Origin: Eledone cirrhosa
Lineage: Eukaryota
Direction: 5' to 3'
DNA length: 64,000 nt
Assembly (NCBI GenBank): GCA_964016885.1
Contig: OZ024765.1
Coordinates: 16,988,001-17,052,000, forward strand
Shown piece by piece: positions 16,787 to 29,799 of this stretch (positions within the stretch are counted from its first letter, which is position 1; each line of letters starts with the position of its first letter). Below the pieces are notes generated by a model. It did not search any database. It was not told the origin of the DNA and worked only from the letters and a program-made list of their open reading frames with translations. The position numbers were made by a program, and so were the translations under genes.

Positions 16787-17788
16787 TGACTGATTATTCG
16801 CTTAAGTTTATTTTAAAAACAACTCGGTAGAGAGCTTAATTCGTTTTGTGCGGTCTTTGCAAATGTTTGCAATAACTACACATGCTGAATTCACTGGGCA
16901 AAATAGGGGTTTTCTCCTTAGAACCTCACATGTGCTTTCATAACCTGTGAGAGTCTGGCGCACGAAGAGCAAAAACCTGTTGAGAAAGTGATGCCTTGTT
17001 CGATCATTATACCAAAAGCTTATTTTTTTTATAAGCAGACAGTATTATTGATTTAGGTGTTGCAGAAACCCAATTTCGGAGTATTCCATCTTCCCCGAGG
17101 ATCCGGGTAACTATTTCAATCATATCTCATTTTGTTTGACCCGTTTAGCTTGTTAGCTTTTTTGGCTAAGGTGGTGAATGGTTTCTTAACCATCCTCTCA
17201 GCGTGTATGGCCATTTTAACTTATGTTTATAGCTCTGGTATCTTCTTCATATCCATGGTGCGCTTGTCTGCACAATACGGAAGTTGCGTTTCGCTAATTT
17301 CTACTCGCCGAAATGCGATTCTCGCTATATATATATATACTCACAGATGTGAGAAAAACCGCAGACCCTCCATCTCAACTCACCTTTTGAAAAGCAGAAG
17401 AACTGCGAAACCAGTAAAGGAACCAAATAAATATATATATTTTTAAAAAAAATAAGACTCCAGTTGCATTTTCGATTTCATCCCTTTTTTTTTATACTTT
17501 CACTCGTGTAGGACACCTCGGTTATTTTTCATTTTGTAAAAAAAAAAACCTCACTTTCTAATATATATATATATATATATATATTCTCTAGGGTGGGTAA
17601 AATTCCCGAGATCCATGGACGAGCTCTGTCCAGCGGTCTCTGTCCCTCATTATCGCTGCCATATATATACATATATATGTTTCTCCGGCGAAGTCTAACA
17701 AAAAGAGGGTTTGCTTTGAAATCACTAGACGTGTCTGAGGAACTTGCGAATCCAGAGTCAGGTTTGATCCACACACAGATCGCATGTG

Positions 17789-17832
<44 letters not shown>

Positions 17833-17863
17833 ATGATCAAAAGATGGTTAAAAGAGTTCCAAG

Positions 17864-17934
17864 TATTTTGTTATGCGCATTTCAAAAACAAATATCATCA
17901 TGGGATGATATCTGCGTTCTCATCAGATAAAATA
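17864..17934 (-). ncRNA. Type I hammerhead ribozyme motif (family H1)
   Basis: Minus strand: TATTTTAT CTGATGA GAACGCAGATATCAT..ATGATATTTGTTTTT GAAA T GCGC A TA ACAAAATA, with a palindromic GCGC loop III. Confidence 0.7.
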
Positions 17935-18000
17935 GGGAGACAAGATATGAAGCTTAAAAATCACTTGTGAGCAGTGAAGTTTTAAATCAACATCACCTCC

Positions 18001-18063
<63 letters not shown>

Positions 18064-18345
18064 GCTGTTGTATAGATTTCGATGATGACCGTTATGCAAC
18101 AACTATAACTTCAACAGACAGCTAGAATTGGAACATAAAAAAGCAGAATAACATAACGATGGAACAAAGCTTACTTCTGTTATTTCGATTCTTTGATATG
18201 CTCCGTGCTGAAATTTGGTGGTGCTTTCACAAGGCTCCAGTAGCATATATGCTATGTGTATATACTCCGGGGTAAACAGACCAACCTGCTTACGCCGTCC
18301 AGTGCTTTACTGCTTTACCCTGCATACTGAAGTATCGGTGATTAA

Positions 18346-18389
<44 letters not shown>

Positions 18390-18787
18390 CAAATATATAT
18401 ATATATGTGATTATCCCGGGTTCAATCGGGGGTAACCACAGTAAATATGGTACTTAATACTTAGAGTATACTCGGTAAACAGCCGAGACCACATGTTGTA
18501 TTTCTCCGACACAACCTTTTTCCCTCGGAAAACTCCCAGTTGATGGATGCGAAATCCGAAATATAGGGACTATGAAATCAGTTCCAGGGTAACTCTATCT
18601 CGTGTTGTTATTTTTTATACATTTCTTACGTTCTTTTACCTCTCTCATTGCCACCTGATTCTGTTACCCGCAGATTTACCCATCTGTATTGTAGAGGCAT
18701 CCAAAATGACTATATATATATATATATAAATATATATAAAATAAAGTTAAATAAAAGTCAAATGATTAAAATTTAGCTTCGTTTATT

Positions 18788-18842
18788 ACTGCTATATATA
18801 TTTCAGTGACAGCCATCTTTGGCTGTGACCTCTTCAGGCAGT
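18788..18842 (-). ncRNA. Type I hammerhead ribozyme motif (H1-like, different stem I)
   Basis: Minus strand: ACTGC CTGAAGA GGT-C-ACAGCC aaagat GGCTGT-C-ACT GAAA T ATAT A TA GCAGT. Confidence 0.78.
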
Positions 18843-18956
18843 TTGAATTAGTATGGTATAGACAAGTACATATGTTGTTGAGGTGTATAATATTGTTTAA
18901 TACTCTGATATGCCCAGTTCCTTGTTGGGTTGTTATTTCACTGAGGAACTGGAGTC

Positions 18957-19001
<45 letters not shown>

Positions 19002-19060
19002 TAATACTCTGATATGCCCAGTTCCTTGTTGGGTTGTTATTTCACTGAGGAACTGGAGTC

Positions 19061-19064
<4 letters not shown>

Positions 19065-19112
<48 letters not shown>

Positions 19113-19233
19113 TATATACACACATATATACATATATATATACACACATATATACATATATATACACACATACATACATACATACATATATATACACACA
19201 CACATATATACATATATACACATATATATACAC

Positions 19234-19266
<33 letters not shown>

Positions 19267-19345
19267 CACATATACATATATATACACACACATTTATATG
19301 TATATATACACACACGCATACATACACATATACACACATACACAT
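19065..19345. repeat. (TA)n/(CA)n compound microsatellite
   Basis: Seen directly. Confidence 0.95.
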
Positions 19346-19685
19346 TAACTGCGTAAAATTGCCACCTGTGTTTTGTTTGTTATATATATATATATATAAT
19401 TAATAAATGAAACAAAGTGTGGTAAAGAACCAAGTGGACCATACCGCACCAGAGTACTCAATACTTAGGGTAGTAGAGTGGGTAATAGGAAAAGAGTCGG
19501 GACCCCAACAGTTCAGTTCCGGCCGTTTCGACAGCGTTCAGATCAACCTGTCGAAAAAGCCGGAGCTCAGCCGTCGGGGTCCTGACTCTATTCCTATATA
19601 TATATATATATGACTATTCAAGGAATACTTGAACCGTTAAGATATATTCTCCTTGGTTATGTCAAAATTTATAAAACACACTTCG

Positions 19686-19746
19686 TATTTTATCTGATGA
19701 TAACGTACCAAAATGTTGGTACCCTTGAAATATATATAATAGAATA
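19686..19746 (+). ncRNA. Hammerhead motif (family H1) with a degenerate stem II base
   Basis: TATTTTAT CTGATGA TAACGTACCAA..TTGGTACCCTT GAAA T ATAT A TA ATAGAATA. Confidence 0.6.
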
Positions 19747-19793
19747 AATATGGTTTTATAAATATAGTTTCCATTTTTTTAATATCATTAAAA

Positions 19794-19829
<36 letters not shown>

Positions 19830-19839
19830 AACGAGTAGG

Positions 19840-19935
19840 ACCCCGACGGCTGAGCTCAAGCCGTTTCGACGGCTAATTCTGGACTAAATGAACATTTTTA
19901 TCCTGGTATTTGAATAGCCGAGCTTCTCAAGGGGT
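19840..19935 (-). ncRNA. Candidate type I hammerhead with a variant U3-A8 core (family H2)
   Basis: Minus strand: ACCCC TTGAGAA G-ct-CGGCTA...TAGCCG-t-C GAAA CGGC ttgagctca GCCG TC GGGGT. Confidence 0.6.
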
Positions 19936-20437
19936 AATTCCATATATGGTCAAAGTGATTGTCACAGGGGTTGGTCAAAAGTTTGTTGTTGAGACATAAT
20001 AATTCTATGATGGCAATATATATATATTATACGACTGAAGTTATGTCCGTTCTATTCGACATCCTTCACCTCCTAATTTTACATACATATATACACGTAT
20101 ATATAAATATATAGTTACATCTATCGATATATAGAGCGGGATATTTAAAATATATATTTGGCAAGAAACCTCACAAGGTTTAGCAATAAAAATGTCCATT
20201 TTGATGTAATTTTGTATTAAGATTAAACTGAAACGACACCAATATAAAAGGATGGACTTGTTTTAATGAAAGTCAATAAAATTTAGTTTTATTTCTCCGT
20301 TTTTAGGAGAGAAAATTTAATTAAAACCGTTTTGTTTTGATATTCAAATTATTTTAATCTAAAATCTTTTTATTTAGAAAAAAAAAAAATTGCTGTCTTA
20401 ATGAGATTATTTGAAGACCAGCTATAGAGGTTATGTA

Positions 20438-21556
20438 TGGGTAATGGTTGTAGTGGTAGTTGTGGTGGTAGTGCTTGTAGTGGTGGTGGTAGTGCTTGTA
20501 ATGGTGGTGGTAGTGCTTGTAGTGGTGGTGGTGGTGGTGGTAGTGCTTGTAGTGGTGGTGGTGGTAGTGCTTGTAGTGGTGGTGGTAGTGGTTGTAGTGG
20601 TGGTGGTAGTAGTGGTAGTGATTGTAGTGGTGGTGGTGGTTGTAGTCGTGGTGGTGGTGGTAGTAGTATTAGTGGAGATGGTGGTAGTAGTAGTGGTGGT
20701 AGTGGTGGTAGTAGTAGTAGTAGTAGTGGTGGTGGTGGTGGTGGTGGTAGTGGTGGTGGTGGTAATAGTAGTTGTGGTAGTGGTTGTAGTGGTGGTGGTG
20801 GTAATAGTGATGGTGGTGGTACTGATTGTAGTAGTGGTGGTGGTTGTAGTGGTGGTGGCAGTGATTGTCGTGGTAGTGATAGTGGTGGTGGTGGCAGTGA
20901 TTGTAGTGGTGGTGGCTGTGGTGGTAGTGGCAGTGATTGTAGTGGTGGTGGTTGTGGTGGTGGCTGTGGTGGTAGTGGCAGTGATTGTAGTGGTGGTGGT
21001 TGTTGTGGTTGTAGTGGTTTTGGTGGTGGTGGTAGTGGTGATGATGGTGGTAGTAATAGTGTTGCTGGTGGTAGTGGTGTTGTGGTGGTGGTGGTAATGG
21101 TGGTGTTAGTGGTAGTGGTGTTGGTGGTGGTGGCGGTGATTGTAATGGTGGTGGTTCTAGTGGTGGTGATTGTAGTGGTGTTAGTAGTAGTAGTGGTGAT
21201 GGTTGTAGTGATGGTGGTGGTGGTGGTAGTAGTGGTAATGGAAGTAGTGGTAGTGGTGGTAGTAGTGGTCGTTGTAGTGGTGGTTGTAGTAGTGGTGGGG
21301 TTGGTGGTAGTGGTGGTAGTTGTGTAGGGGTGCTGCTAGCAGTGGTGGTGGCTTGTAGTGGAGGTGGTGCTTGTAGTGGCGGTGATGGTTGTAATGGGGG
21401 TTTTGGAAATGGTGGTGGTGATTGTAGTGGTAGTAGTGCTGGTTTTGGTGGTGGTGGTGGTTTTGGTGGTTGCATTGTTGCTGGTAATAGTAGTTGCGGT
21501 GGTAGTAGTGGTGGTGGTGGTAGTAGTGGTGGTGGTGGTAGTAGTGTTGGTGGTAG
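20438..21556. repeat. (GGT/AGT)n trinucleotide array
   Basis: Seen directly. It gives poly-Val, Gly/Ser and Pro/His pseudo-ORFs in several frames. Confidence 0.95.
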
Positions 21557-22079
21557 AAATATCAAAATTGTAATGACAATAGAATCTAAAAATGAAAATC
21601 TGTCAATCTTGAAGCACCTTAGGGTAAACAATATTAATTGTGTCACTTTTTGTTGCTGTTCAAATGAACACATTGTTGCTTCACACATATACACACATAT
21701 ACACACTCACATATATATACTAAGACAGACATACATTTACGCAGACACACGTGTAGATGTGTGCCTGTGTGTGTGTGTTTAATAACGTACCTAATGAACG
21801 CGCACACACACTCACAGACACATACATATTCATATACAAAATGTGACGTAGTTGTGTTGTTTTCTATTGTTTTAATCCAACTGAAAATAAAAAAATCTCT
21901 CACATGCACTCACACACACATACTCACACACACATACACACACACACACATACAGTCTCACTTACACAAACATGCATTCATGCACACCTAATACTGTCAG
22001 TCAGCACATGTATATCATGTGAAGCTGTGTGTGTGTGTGTGTGTTTAATTCTCTGATGCCTACCGTACGATACGAACTC

Positions 22080-22121
<42 letters not shown>

Positions 22122-22360
22122 TCAACATATGACGTGGTGGTCATGGTGGTGTACTATAGTTGAATATGGAAATTTTTTTTAGATAAAATGTTATATTGTT
22201 TTAATCCAAATGAAAGTAAAAATTACATTTTGACACTCCCGGCGTCTAATACTATTACTTTGTAAAATTTGATTTGATTTGATTTGGTCCAGCCGTTTGA
22301 GAATGCATAGGAACAGACAGACAGAGAGACATAGAATTATATGTAGATAGATAGATATAT

Positions 22361-22392
<32 letters not shown>

Positions 22393-22572
22393 ACAAATGG
22401 GGGGGGGGGGTAAGATACCCGGTGGCCCATAACGCACCAGAGTACTCAATACTAAGGGAAGTAGTGTGAGTAATTGGAAAAGGGTCAGGACCCCGACGGC
22501 TGAGCTCCGGCCGTTTCGACGGCTAGTTCCGAACTAAGCCACCAGAATATACTGGTGGTTTAGTTCGGATCC

Positions 22573-23041
22573 GAGCCAATCCCACTCTCTGAGCGACAGT
22601 ATCTATAACTCGCAAAGAAGAAAAGCTCAACATCATCGGTAACTACTGAGCCGCGGGTTTTATATCGGAGTTGTCCCAGTTTCCTGAGTTGCCTCCTCCT
22701 AGAAGCAATGCCCTGACAAAGGCTAGAGGTCTTCACTCCCAGTGGTTTAACCGCGCAATCAGGTATTCAGCCCGATTATTTCTATGTCCCCGCGCATATG
22801 TATACATGTATATACATATATACATGTGTATATACATATTTACACATTTTCGGACGGCCATTGACTCTTATGAATTCTTCCGCCCTTCGTCAGGTTTTGT
22901 CTTTTGTCCTGGAGGGTGTCCAATATCACCCTCCCCACCAATTAAACTTGGTGGGGTTGCCGGTTTAGTCACCGACGAACCGACCATGCGACAGGTTGTA
23001 CTGGGTTACATGTTACCAGTAGCACTCAAGAATGACCTGCA
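22573..23041 (-). mobile_element. Diverged non-autonomous RTE-derived element, same class as 38080-40020
   Basis: GGCCATTGACTCTTA...GTGGGGTTGCCGGTTTAGTC...CATGTTACCAGTAGCAC...TGACCTG aligns with 39835-40018, and 22575-22740 aligns with 39670-39820. Confidence 0.7.
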
Positions 23042-23115
23042 GACACACACACACATATATATATATATTATTCAAAATGTTAACAAATGAAAAATATTCA
23101 CATAATCAAAATATA

Positions 23116-23178
23116 TATTTTATTATACATATTTCAAAGGTACTATGGTGTTTAAGTACGTTTTCATCAGACAAAATA
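23116..23178 (-). ncRNA. Type I hammerhead ribozyme motif (family H1)
   Basis: Minus strand: TATTTTGT CTGATGA AAA-C-GTACT..AGTAC-C-TTT GAAA T ATGT A TA ATAAAATA. Confidence 0.75.
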
Positions 23179-23579
23179 TATTATTTCGTATAGGACATAC
23201 CGCTACGGTTTTGATTATTCAATTCCAGTATTAGCAGTGATTTATTTCATCAAATCTCAACGTTTTTATACCACAAATAATATGATAAACTTAAAGAAGA
23301 AAAGGACGTAGAGCAAGCTAGAAATATATTAAAAATATATAAATATATTAAAAACTCTAGGAAAATCACTGTTGAGTGCTTCTAATCTATTGTAATATTG
23401 TATTCTTTGAGTAATCAACGAAACATATTAATCTTTGGTTATATATATATATATATACACTCAAAATAATTCTAATTTCTCGCAGTTTCTATTTTACTTC
23501 TAGTCAGCTCTTTTCCTCAGCCATCAACATTTCCCGCCTAAAAGATTGGCCCTCCCGCCCAAACCTAACCATGTCTGTG

Positions 23580-24290
23580 TATTGTTGGTATTGTTGTTGT
23601 TGGTTGTGGTGCCGGTGGTGGTGGTGGTGGTGGTGGTGGTGTTTGTAATGGTGGCGGTCGTGCCGGTGGTGGTGATATTGTTGTTAGTGGTGGTGGTGGT
23701 GGTGGTGGTGGTGGCGGTGTTGGTATTGGTGGTGGTGGTGGTGGTGGCGGTGTTGGTATTGGTGGTGGTGGTGGTGGCGGTGTTGGTATTGGTGGTGGTG
23801 GTGGCGGTGTTGGTATTGGTGGTGGTGGTGGTGGTGGTGGCGGTGGTGGTATTGGTGGTGGCGGTGTTGGTGGTGTTGTTGGTATTAGTACTGGTGGAGT
23901 TGTTGGTACTGGTGGTGTTGTTGGTACTGGTGGTAGTGGTGGTGTTGGTGTTGTTGGTACTGGTGATAGTGGTATTGGTGTTGGTGGTGGTGTTGGTTGT
24001 TGGTTGCTGGTGCTGGTGTTGGTGGCGGTGGTGGTATTGGTGGTGGTGCTGGTGTTGGTGCTGGTGATAGTGGTATTGGTGGCGGTGGTGGTATTGGTGG
24101 TGGTGCTGGTGTTGGTGCTGGTGATAGTGGTATTGGTGTTGGTGGTGGTGTTGGTTGTTGGTTGCTGGTGCTGGTGTTGGTGGCGGTGGTGGTATTGGTG
24201 GTGGTGCTGGTGTTGGTGCTGGTGATAGTGGTATTGGTGTTGGTGGTGGTGTTGGTTGTTGGTTGCTGGTGTTGGTGGCAGTGGTGCTGT
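23580..24290. repeat. (GGT)n-based array with a higher-order duplication in its 3' part
   Basis: Seen directly. Confidence 0.95.
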
Positions 24291-24536
24291 CAGTATTGTT
24301 ATTCAGTCAAGAACCTGTTACAATTCTGTGAAAATATATCATAGAATGTTCCCTTTGTATCATAAGAGGATTTACAGAAATTGGCCGCACACTATCGATC
24401 GATACATGATTTAATATAAGTAATCGATACATTCTTGCCGATATTTTATCTTTTCACTACAGCCAGCTACATTTGTTTCTTCTATTGTTGTTGTTGTTAT
24501 TATTATTACTATTATTATTTGCATTCACTTGAGGCA

Positions 24537-24539
<3 letters not shown>

Positions 24540-24585
<46 letters not shown>

Positions 24586-24695
24586 AACACACACACATAT
24601 GTATTTATAAATGTATATATATATAAATATATATATATGAATATATACATGCGATATATATGTTTTGGCAATATTACAACAATATGACCCTCCCC

Positions 24696-24732
<37 letters not shown>

Positions 24733-25239
24733 TGTATGTATATATATATATATATATATATCTTCATATATGTGTGTGTATGTGTATATATATATGTATA
24801 TATATATATGTATGTGTGTGTATATATATATATATATATTCATGTATGTGCGTGTGTGTTTATATATATATATATATATATATATTCATGTATGTGTATA
24901 TATATGTATATATATTCATGTATGTGTGTGTATGTGTATATATATATATGTATATATGTATGTGTGTGTATATATATATATATATATATTCATGTATGTG
25001 TGTGTGTGTATATATATATATATATTCATGTATGTGTGTGTATGTGTATATATATATATATGTCTATATGTATGTGTGTATATATATATATATATATATT
25101 CATGTATGTGTGTATATATATATATATGCTAACAAATATATATATATATATATATACATTATGAAGAGAGAAGAAACATTTAGATATAATTAGTAATAAA
25201 ATGTATCATACCTAAACTGCTCCTAGATTCCTGTGTTTC

Positions 25240-25275
<36 letters not shown>

Positions 25276-25365
25276 TGTATGTGTATATATATATATATAT
25301 TCATGTATGTATATATATATATATATATATTCATGTATGTATATATATATATATGTATATATATT
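24540..25365. repeat. (TA)n/(TG)n compound array with recurring TTCATGTATG
   Basis: Seen directly. Confidence 0.93.
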
Positions 25366-25668
25366 TCTTTATATCAATATACATGTAAGAGTACAACCGC
25401 CTTCAATGCCTCTCAGTCATATCTTACACAACAGTAGATAGTTTATCAAGTAGTCAATTATATTTGAGAGGCAAGACAATAGTGAGGTACAAACACACAT
25501 TTACACACACTTATACACACCTACATACACACACACTTACACATGCTCACTGACACACTGTTTGTGTATGTGTGTTTGTATGTAAAAGGTAAACAGAAAT
25601 AACAACACAATCGGTACAGGATATGGAAGGAATAAATCTGGTTAACGCTTGATATAGCAAGAAGAGGG

Positions 25669-25704
25669 TCTTAACGTTTCAGACGCAAGTCCTTCATCAG
25701 AAGA
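25669..25704 (-). ncRNA. Minimal Penelope-type hammerhead motif (family H3)
   Basis: Minus strand: TCTT CTGATGA a GGAC ttgc GTCT GAAACGTT AAGA, with a loopless ACGT palindrome as stem III. A paralog with C3>A lies at 37697-37732 (+). Confidence 0.65.
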
Positions 25705-26090
25705 AATAATGAGAAATTGGACAGATTGAAGGGACGGGCGGGGTGGAATTGGAAATATATTTTTAGAGAAATGTAACAGGTCCATTCATGTTGACAACTA
25801 TTGGAAAACTGTTGATGCCGGCATTTTGTGTATGATATATATATATCATTTCTGAAGATGGCATGTATAGGTGAAGGTATGTAAATTTCTGAATATGGCA
25901 TGTATAGGTGAAGGTCTGATAAATTTGTAATATTTTTTTACATAGATCTTTAACATGATATACATACCAACACACATATATATCCCAGAAACGATCGTAA
26001 AATGATGAATTTTTCAATATAAGGAACCTGTTCTCTGTTTTTATTTCATTGTTTTTATTAATTTATGTATATGTATATATATATATATAA

Positions 26091-26145
<55 letters not shown>

Positions 26146-26507
26146 GTCCCTCATCAGTGATTTGCAACCATCATTGGTATTTGATGAAATACCCATGATG
26201 GTTGGCAAATCACTGATGATGGACTAATTTTATAATATGTAACCCATGTCCAACCACGCAGTATTCCCCTTTCTTCCTATGTTTTTCATATATATATATA
26301 TATATATATATCAGATCAGAGCAAACAGCACGGACACTCTATCTCAAAATTATTTTTGAAAAGCATTTAGAAATGCGCAACCGGTAAAAACTTAAAAACT
26401 TAAAACCACAACTGAATACTAACCCATACAATCACTAATACTCTTTTATTCCTAATTAAACCATTTTTCAACTGTGAACAATTTGTCAGCATTTTCTATT
26501 CTGTTTA

Positions 26508-26559
<52 letters not shown>

Positions 26560-26562
<3 letters not shown>

Positions 26563-27160
26563 AGATAAGCAGAACAAGTAAAATTCAACTAATTTTTCAA
26601 AATTAAAAAATATAATATAAATATTTACCTATTCAAATGGCCCTAACTGTACAGTTTCACGGTGCAAAACATTAAATATCACCAGGATATTAATGGAAAA
26701 GCAACGATCATCAGAGAAGCATTTTCCTGTCCTAGGGTTAAAAACCCCAGGAACGACAAAATATATGACCTCACTCCAACTAATACAGGTCTAAAAGGTC
26801 GTGAAAGTGACCCGTAAATACATTGGTGTATAGTGAAGGCGGGAAATCGTAGACTCGCCGTCTATAATCGCCACTAAAAAAAGATTTTTAGTAACTAAAT
26901 ATAACGACAAATTTGTATCTCTACATACTGGAGATTATTGAAAAAGGTTAATATATATTTGAGGGTACAATGTACCCCCGGAAATATATAGTGTGTCTAT
27001 GATTTAAGGTGGTTCTATGGTAATAATTTGATATACCAGAACATAATATCAAGATAAGCAGAACAAGTAAAATTCAACTAATTTTTCAAAATAAATCAAA
27101 ATTAATATACAATTAAAATTAATCAAAATTAAAAAATATAATATAAATATTTACCTATTC
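26560..27160 (-). mobile_element. Terminally redundant non-coding element between (TA)n tracts, with a hammerhead motif (retrozyme-like)
   Basis: A direct repeat CAAGATAAGCAGAACAAG...TTTACCTATTC lies at 26561-26634 and 27050-27160. The hammerhead fold is at 26641-26718 (-). Confidence 0.55.
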
Positions 27161-27549
27161 ATATATATATATATATATAGTAGAATAATGTTGCTGAAGA
27201 GTAGTTACGTCGTAACTTCTCGAGGATAAGCCGGTCCAAGCGATCCAAAAGAACTTCACATCGGTAGATTATCCTAGCTTAGTGTTGGTGATTAAGAATG
27301 GCAGATTATTCATTTATCAAATAAGAGTTGTTTAGACAGGATTAATTCCCCATAACTATTTATTGCATGATGGCTACTATTACAACGCGACAGTTATGCA
27401 TGGACACAGATATATCCTAATGATTGCATAACTGTACCCATGATAGGCTGAGCAACTGATGAAGTCGCATAAATAACAATGTCACAGAAATGTATATCAT
27501 GCAATAAACAATTATGGTGAATTATCCTCGTCTTAACTATCCTTATTTG

Positions 27550-28048
27550 TGGCGGTGGATTGGCAGTATCGGTAGAGGGTCGGACGCCATGCTTTCCAGC
27601 ATAGTTACGTCCCTTTACGATCTGAGTTCAAATCCCGCCGAGGTTGACTTTGCCTTTCATCCTTACGGGGTCGATAAAATAAAGTACCAGTAATGCACTG
27701 GGATAATTGCTGGCCTTGTGCCTAAAGTAGAAACAATTATTTGTGGCAGTTAACTTTGCCTTTCATATTTACGGGGTCGATAAAATAATGTACCAGTAAT
27801 GTACTGATTTATTTGCTGGCCTTGTGCCTAATATAGAAACAATTATTTGTGGCAGTTAAGGGTGGTGGATTGGCTTTATGGGTAGAGGGTCGGACGCCAT
27901 GCTTTGACGCATAGAGTTACGGCCCTTGCCATTCTGAGTTCAAATCCCGCCGAGGTTAACTTTGCCTTTCATCCTTACGGGGTCGATAAAATAAAGTACC
28001 AGTAATGTACTGGGTAATTGCTGGCCTTGTGCCAAAAGCAGAAACATT
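27550..28048 (+). mobile_element. Tandem SINE family A copies (short form)
   Basis: A full copy at 27551-27740 is flanked by TTATTTGTGGC direct repeats, followed by a 3' fragment and a second full copy. Confidence 0.9.
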
Positions 28049-28220
28049 TTATATATATATATATATATAGTGACGAAACACTCCCAGTGGTTTAACCGAG
28101 CGATCGGGTATCCAGCCTGATTATTTCTATATCCCCACGCATATACACACATATGCACACATGCATATAAATATATATATATATATACATATACATACAT
28201 ATGTAGACATGCATATATAT

Positions 28221-29365
28221 CTTCTTCATTTATCCCTGAAAGGGTCGCGGGGGCAAAGCCTCAAGTACTCATTCTAGCGAGTCCTCTCTGAAGCAAGCGT
28301 TTTCAATTGATCCGGCTGGAACCCCAAGCGAGACCATCCAATCTCATGGATGTTATCCAACTATCTTGCTCGAGATTCTATTCCTGGGTCTCTAGAGGGT
28401 TGCTTTCGCCCGTCAAATCTGTCCAGCGATTCTTTCCTCAGACATTCTAACCTCATGTCCGTAATATCAGAGCTGTGATCTCTCAATTCGGAGAAGTAGC
28501 GGCTCTACCTGGAGTGACTCTTTGATCTCCGAGCTATAAATCTGTCCAGTGATTGTTCCCTGAGACATTCTAACCACATGTCCATAGTATCAGAGCTGTG
28601 ACCTCTCAATTTGGAGAAGTAGCGGCTCTACCTGGAGTGACTCTCTGATCTCCGAGCTATAAATCTGTCCAGTGATTATTTCCTGAGAAATTCTAACCAC
28701 ATGTCCATAGTATCGGAGCTGTGATCTCTCAATTCGGAGAAGTAGCGGCTCTACCTGGAGTTACTCTTTGATCTCTGAGCTATAAATCTGTCCAGTGATT
28801 CTTCCTGAGACATTCTAACCACATGTCCATAGTATCGGAGCTGTGATCTCTCAATTCGGAGAAGTAGCGGCTCTACCTGGAGTGGCTCTTTGATCTCCGA
28901 GCTATAAATCTGTCCAGTGATTCTTCCTGAGACATTCTAACCACATGTCCATAGTATCGGAGCTGTGATCTCTCAATTCGGAGAAGTAGCGGCTCTACCT
29001 GGAGTGACTCTCTGATCTCTGAGCTATAAATCTGTTCAGTGATTCTTCCCTGAGATATTCTAATTACATGTCCATAGTATCAGAGCTGTGATCTCTCAAT
29101 TCGGAGAAGTAGTGGCTCTATCCTCTGATCTCCAAGCTAGGCACTTTATCGCGTAACGTTACACCAAAGACCCTTCAGAGAATCTTCATTTCGGCCACTT
29201 ATATTTGCGATTTATTCTTTCGGTCATTACATAATATTTATGACAATAAGTAAATGTTAACACAAATAACGAAGTGAAGAGATCGAGTTTGACTTTTACC
29301 CCTACCTCCCTTTCGATGATCGAATATTGAGGCTGGCGCATTTCTGCACCTTCTCGTGCAACACT
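28221..29365 (-). mobile_element. 5'-truncated RTE-clade (Rex3/Expander-like) LINE relic with an internal 122-123 bp tandem expansion (~6 copies, 28417-29140)
   Basis: The minus strand reads ..YVMTERI..VAEMKI..GVTLRDKV..SSEIRESLQVEPLLLRIERSQLRYYGHVVRMS..LDNIHEIGWSRLG..LRLCPRDP, matching the Rex3-type post-RT C-terminus. Unit starts at 28465, 28588, 28711, 28833, 28955 and 29078. Confidence 0.85.
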
Positions 29366-29384
29366 TATTCGTGTTTATAATAAT

Positions 29385-29600
29385 GGTTTCTTATATAGGC
29401 ACAAGGACAGCAAATTTGAGAGAGGTGGAAGTCGATTAAATCGATCCCAGTGCGTGACTGGTACTTTATTTTATCGACTCCGTAAGGATGAAAGGCAAAG
29501 TAAACCTCGGCGGGATTTGAACTCAGATCATAAAGTGCCGTACCTCTATGCTGCAAAGCATGGCGTCCGACCCTCTACCGACACTGCCAATTCACCACCA
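29385..29600 (-). mobile_element. SINE family A, long form
   Basis: Same head, core and tail motifs as the other copies. Confidence 0.85.
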
Positions 29601-29726
29601 TAATAATAATATAATAATTAAACGAAAGACGAAAGACAGTTACTTTAGTCCATCCCAATTTATTTTATTAAAGTATTTTATATATAATAGTAAGCTAATT
29701 CTAAATCAACTAACTCTTTTTCAATG

Positions 29727-29799
<73 letters not shown>

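Larger units (their letters stand above)
19408..20012 (-). mobile_element. Two fragments of a (TA)n-associated element family (H2; Penelope-like terminus or retrozyme)
   Basis: GTGTGGTAA...CATA(A/C)CGCACCAGAGTACTCAATACTTAGGGTAGTAGAGTGGGTAATAGG and CCCCGACGGCTGAGCTC recur at ~22420, 46195-46400, 46517, 56503 and 56727. Confidence 0.65.

Noticed and set aside
20411-24344. Gly/Ser/Cys-rich, poly-Val and Pro/His-rich ORFs resembling structural proteins
   Set aside because: These are (GGT)n arrays open in several frames on both strands, with frame drift and no convincing splice or start context.
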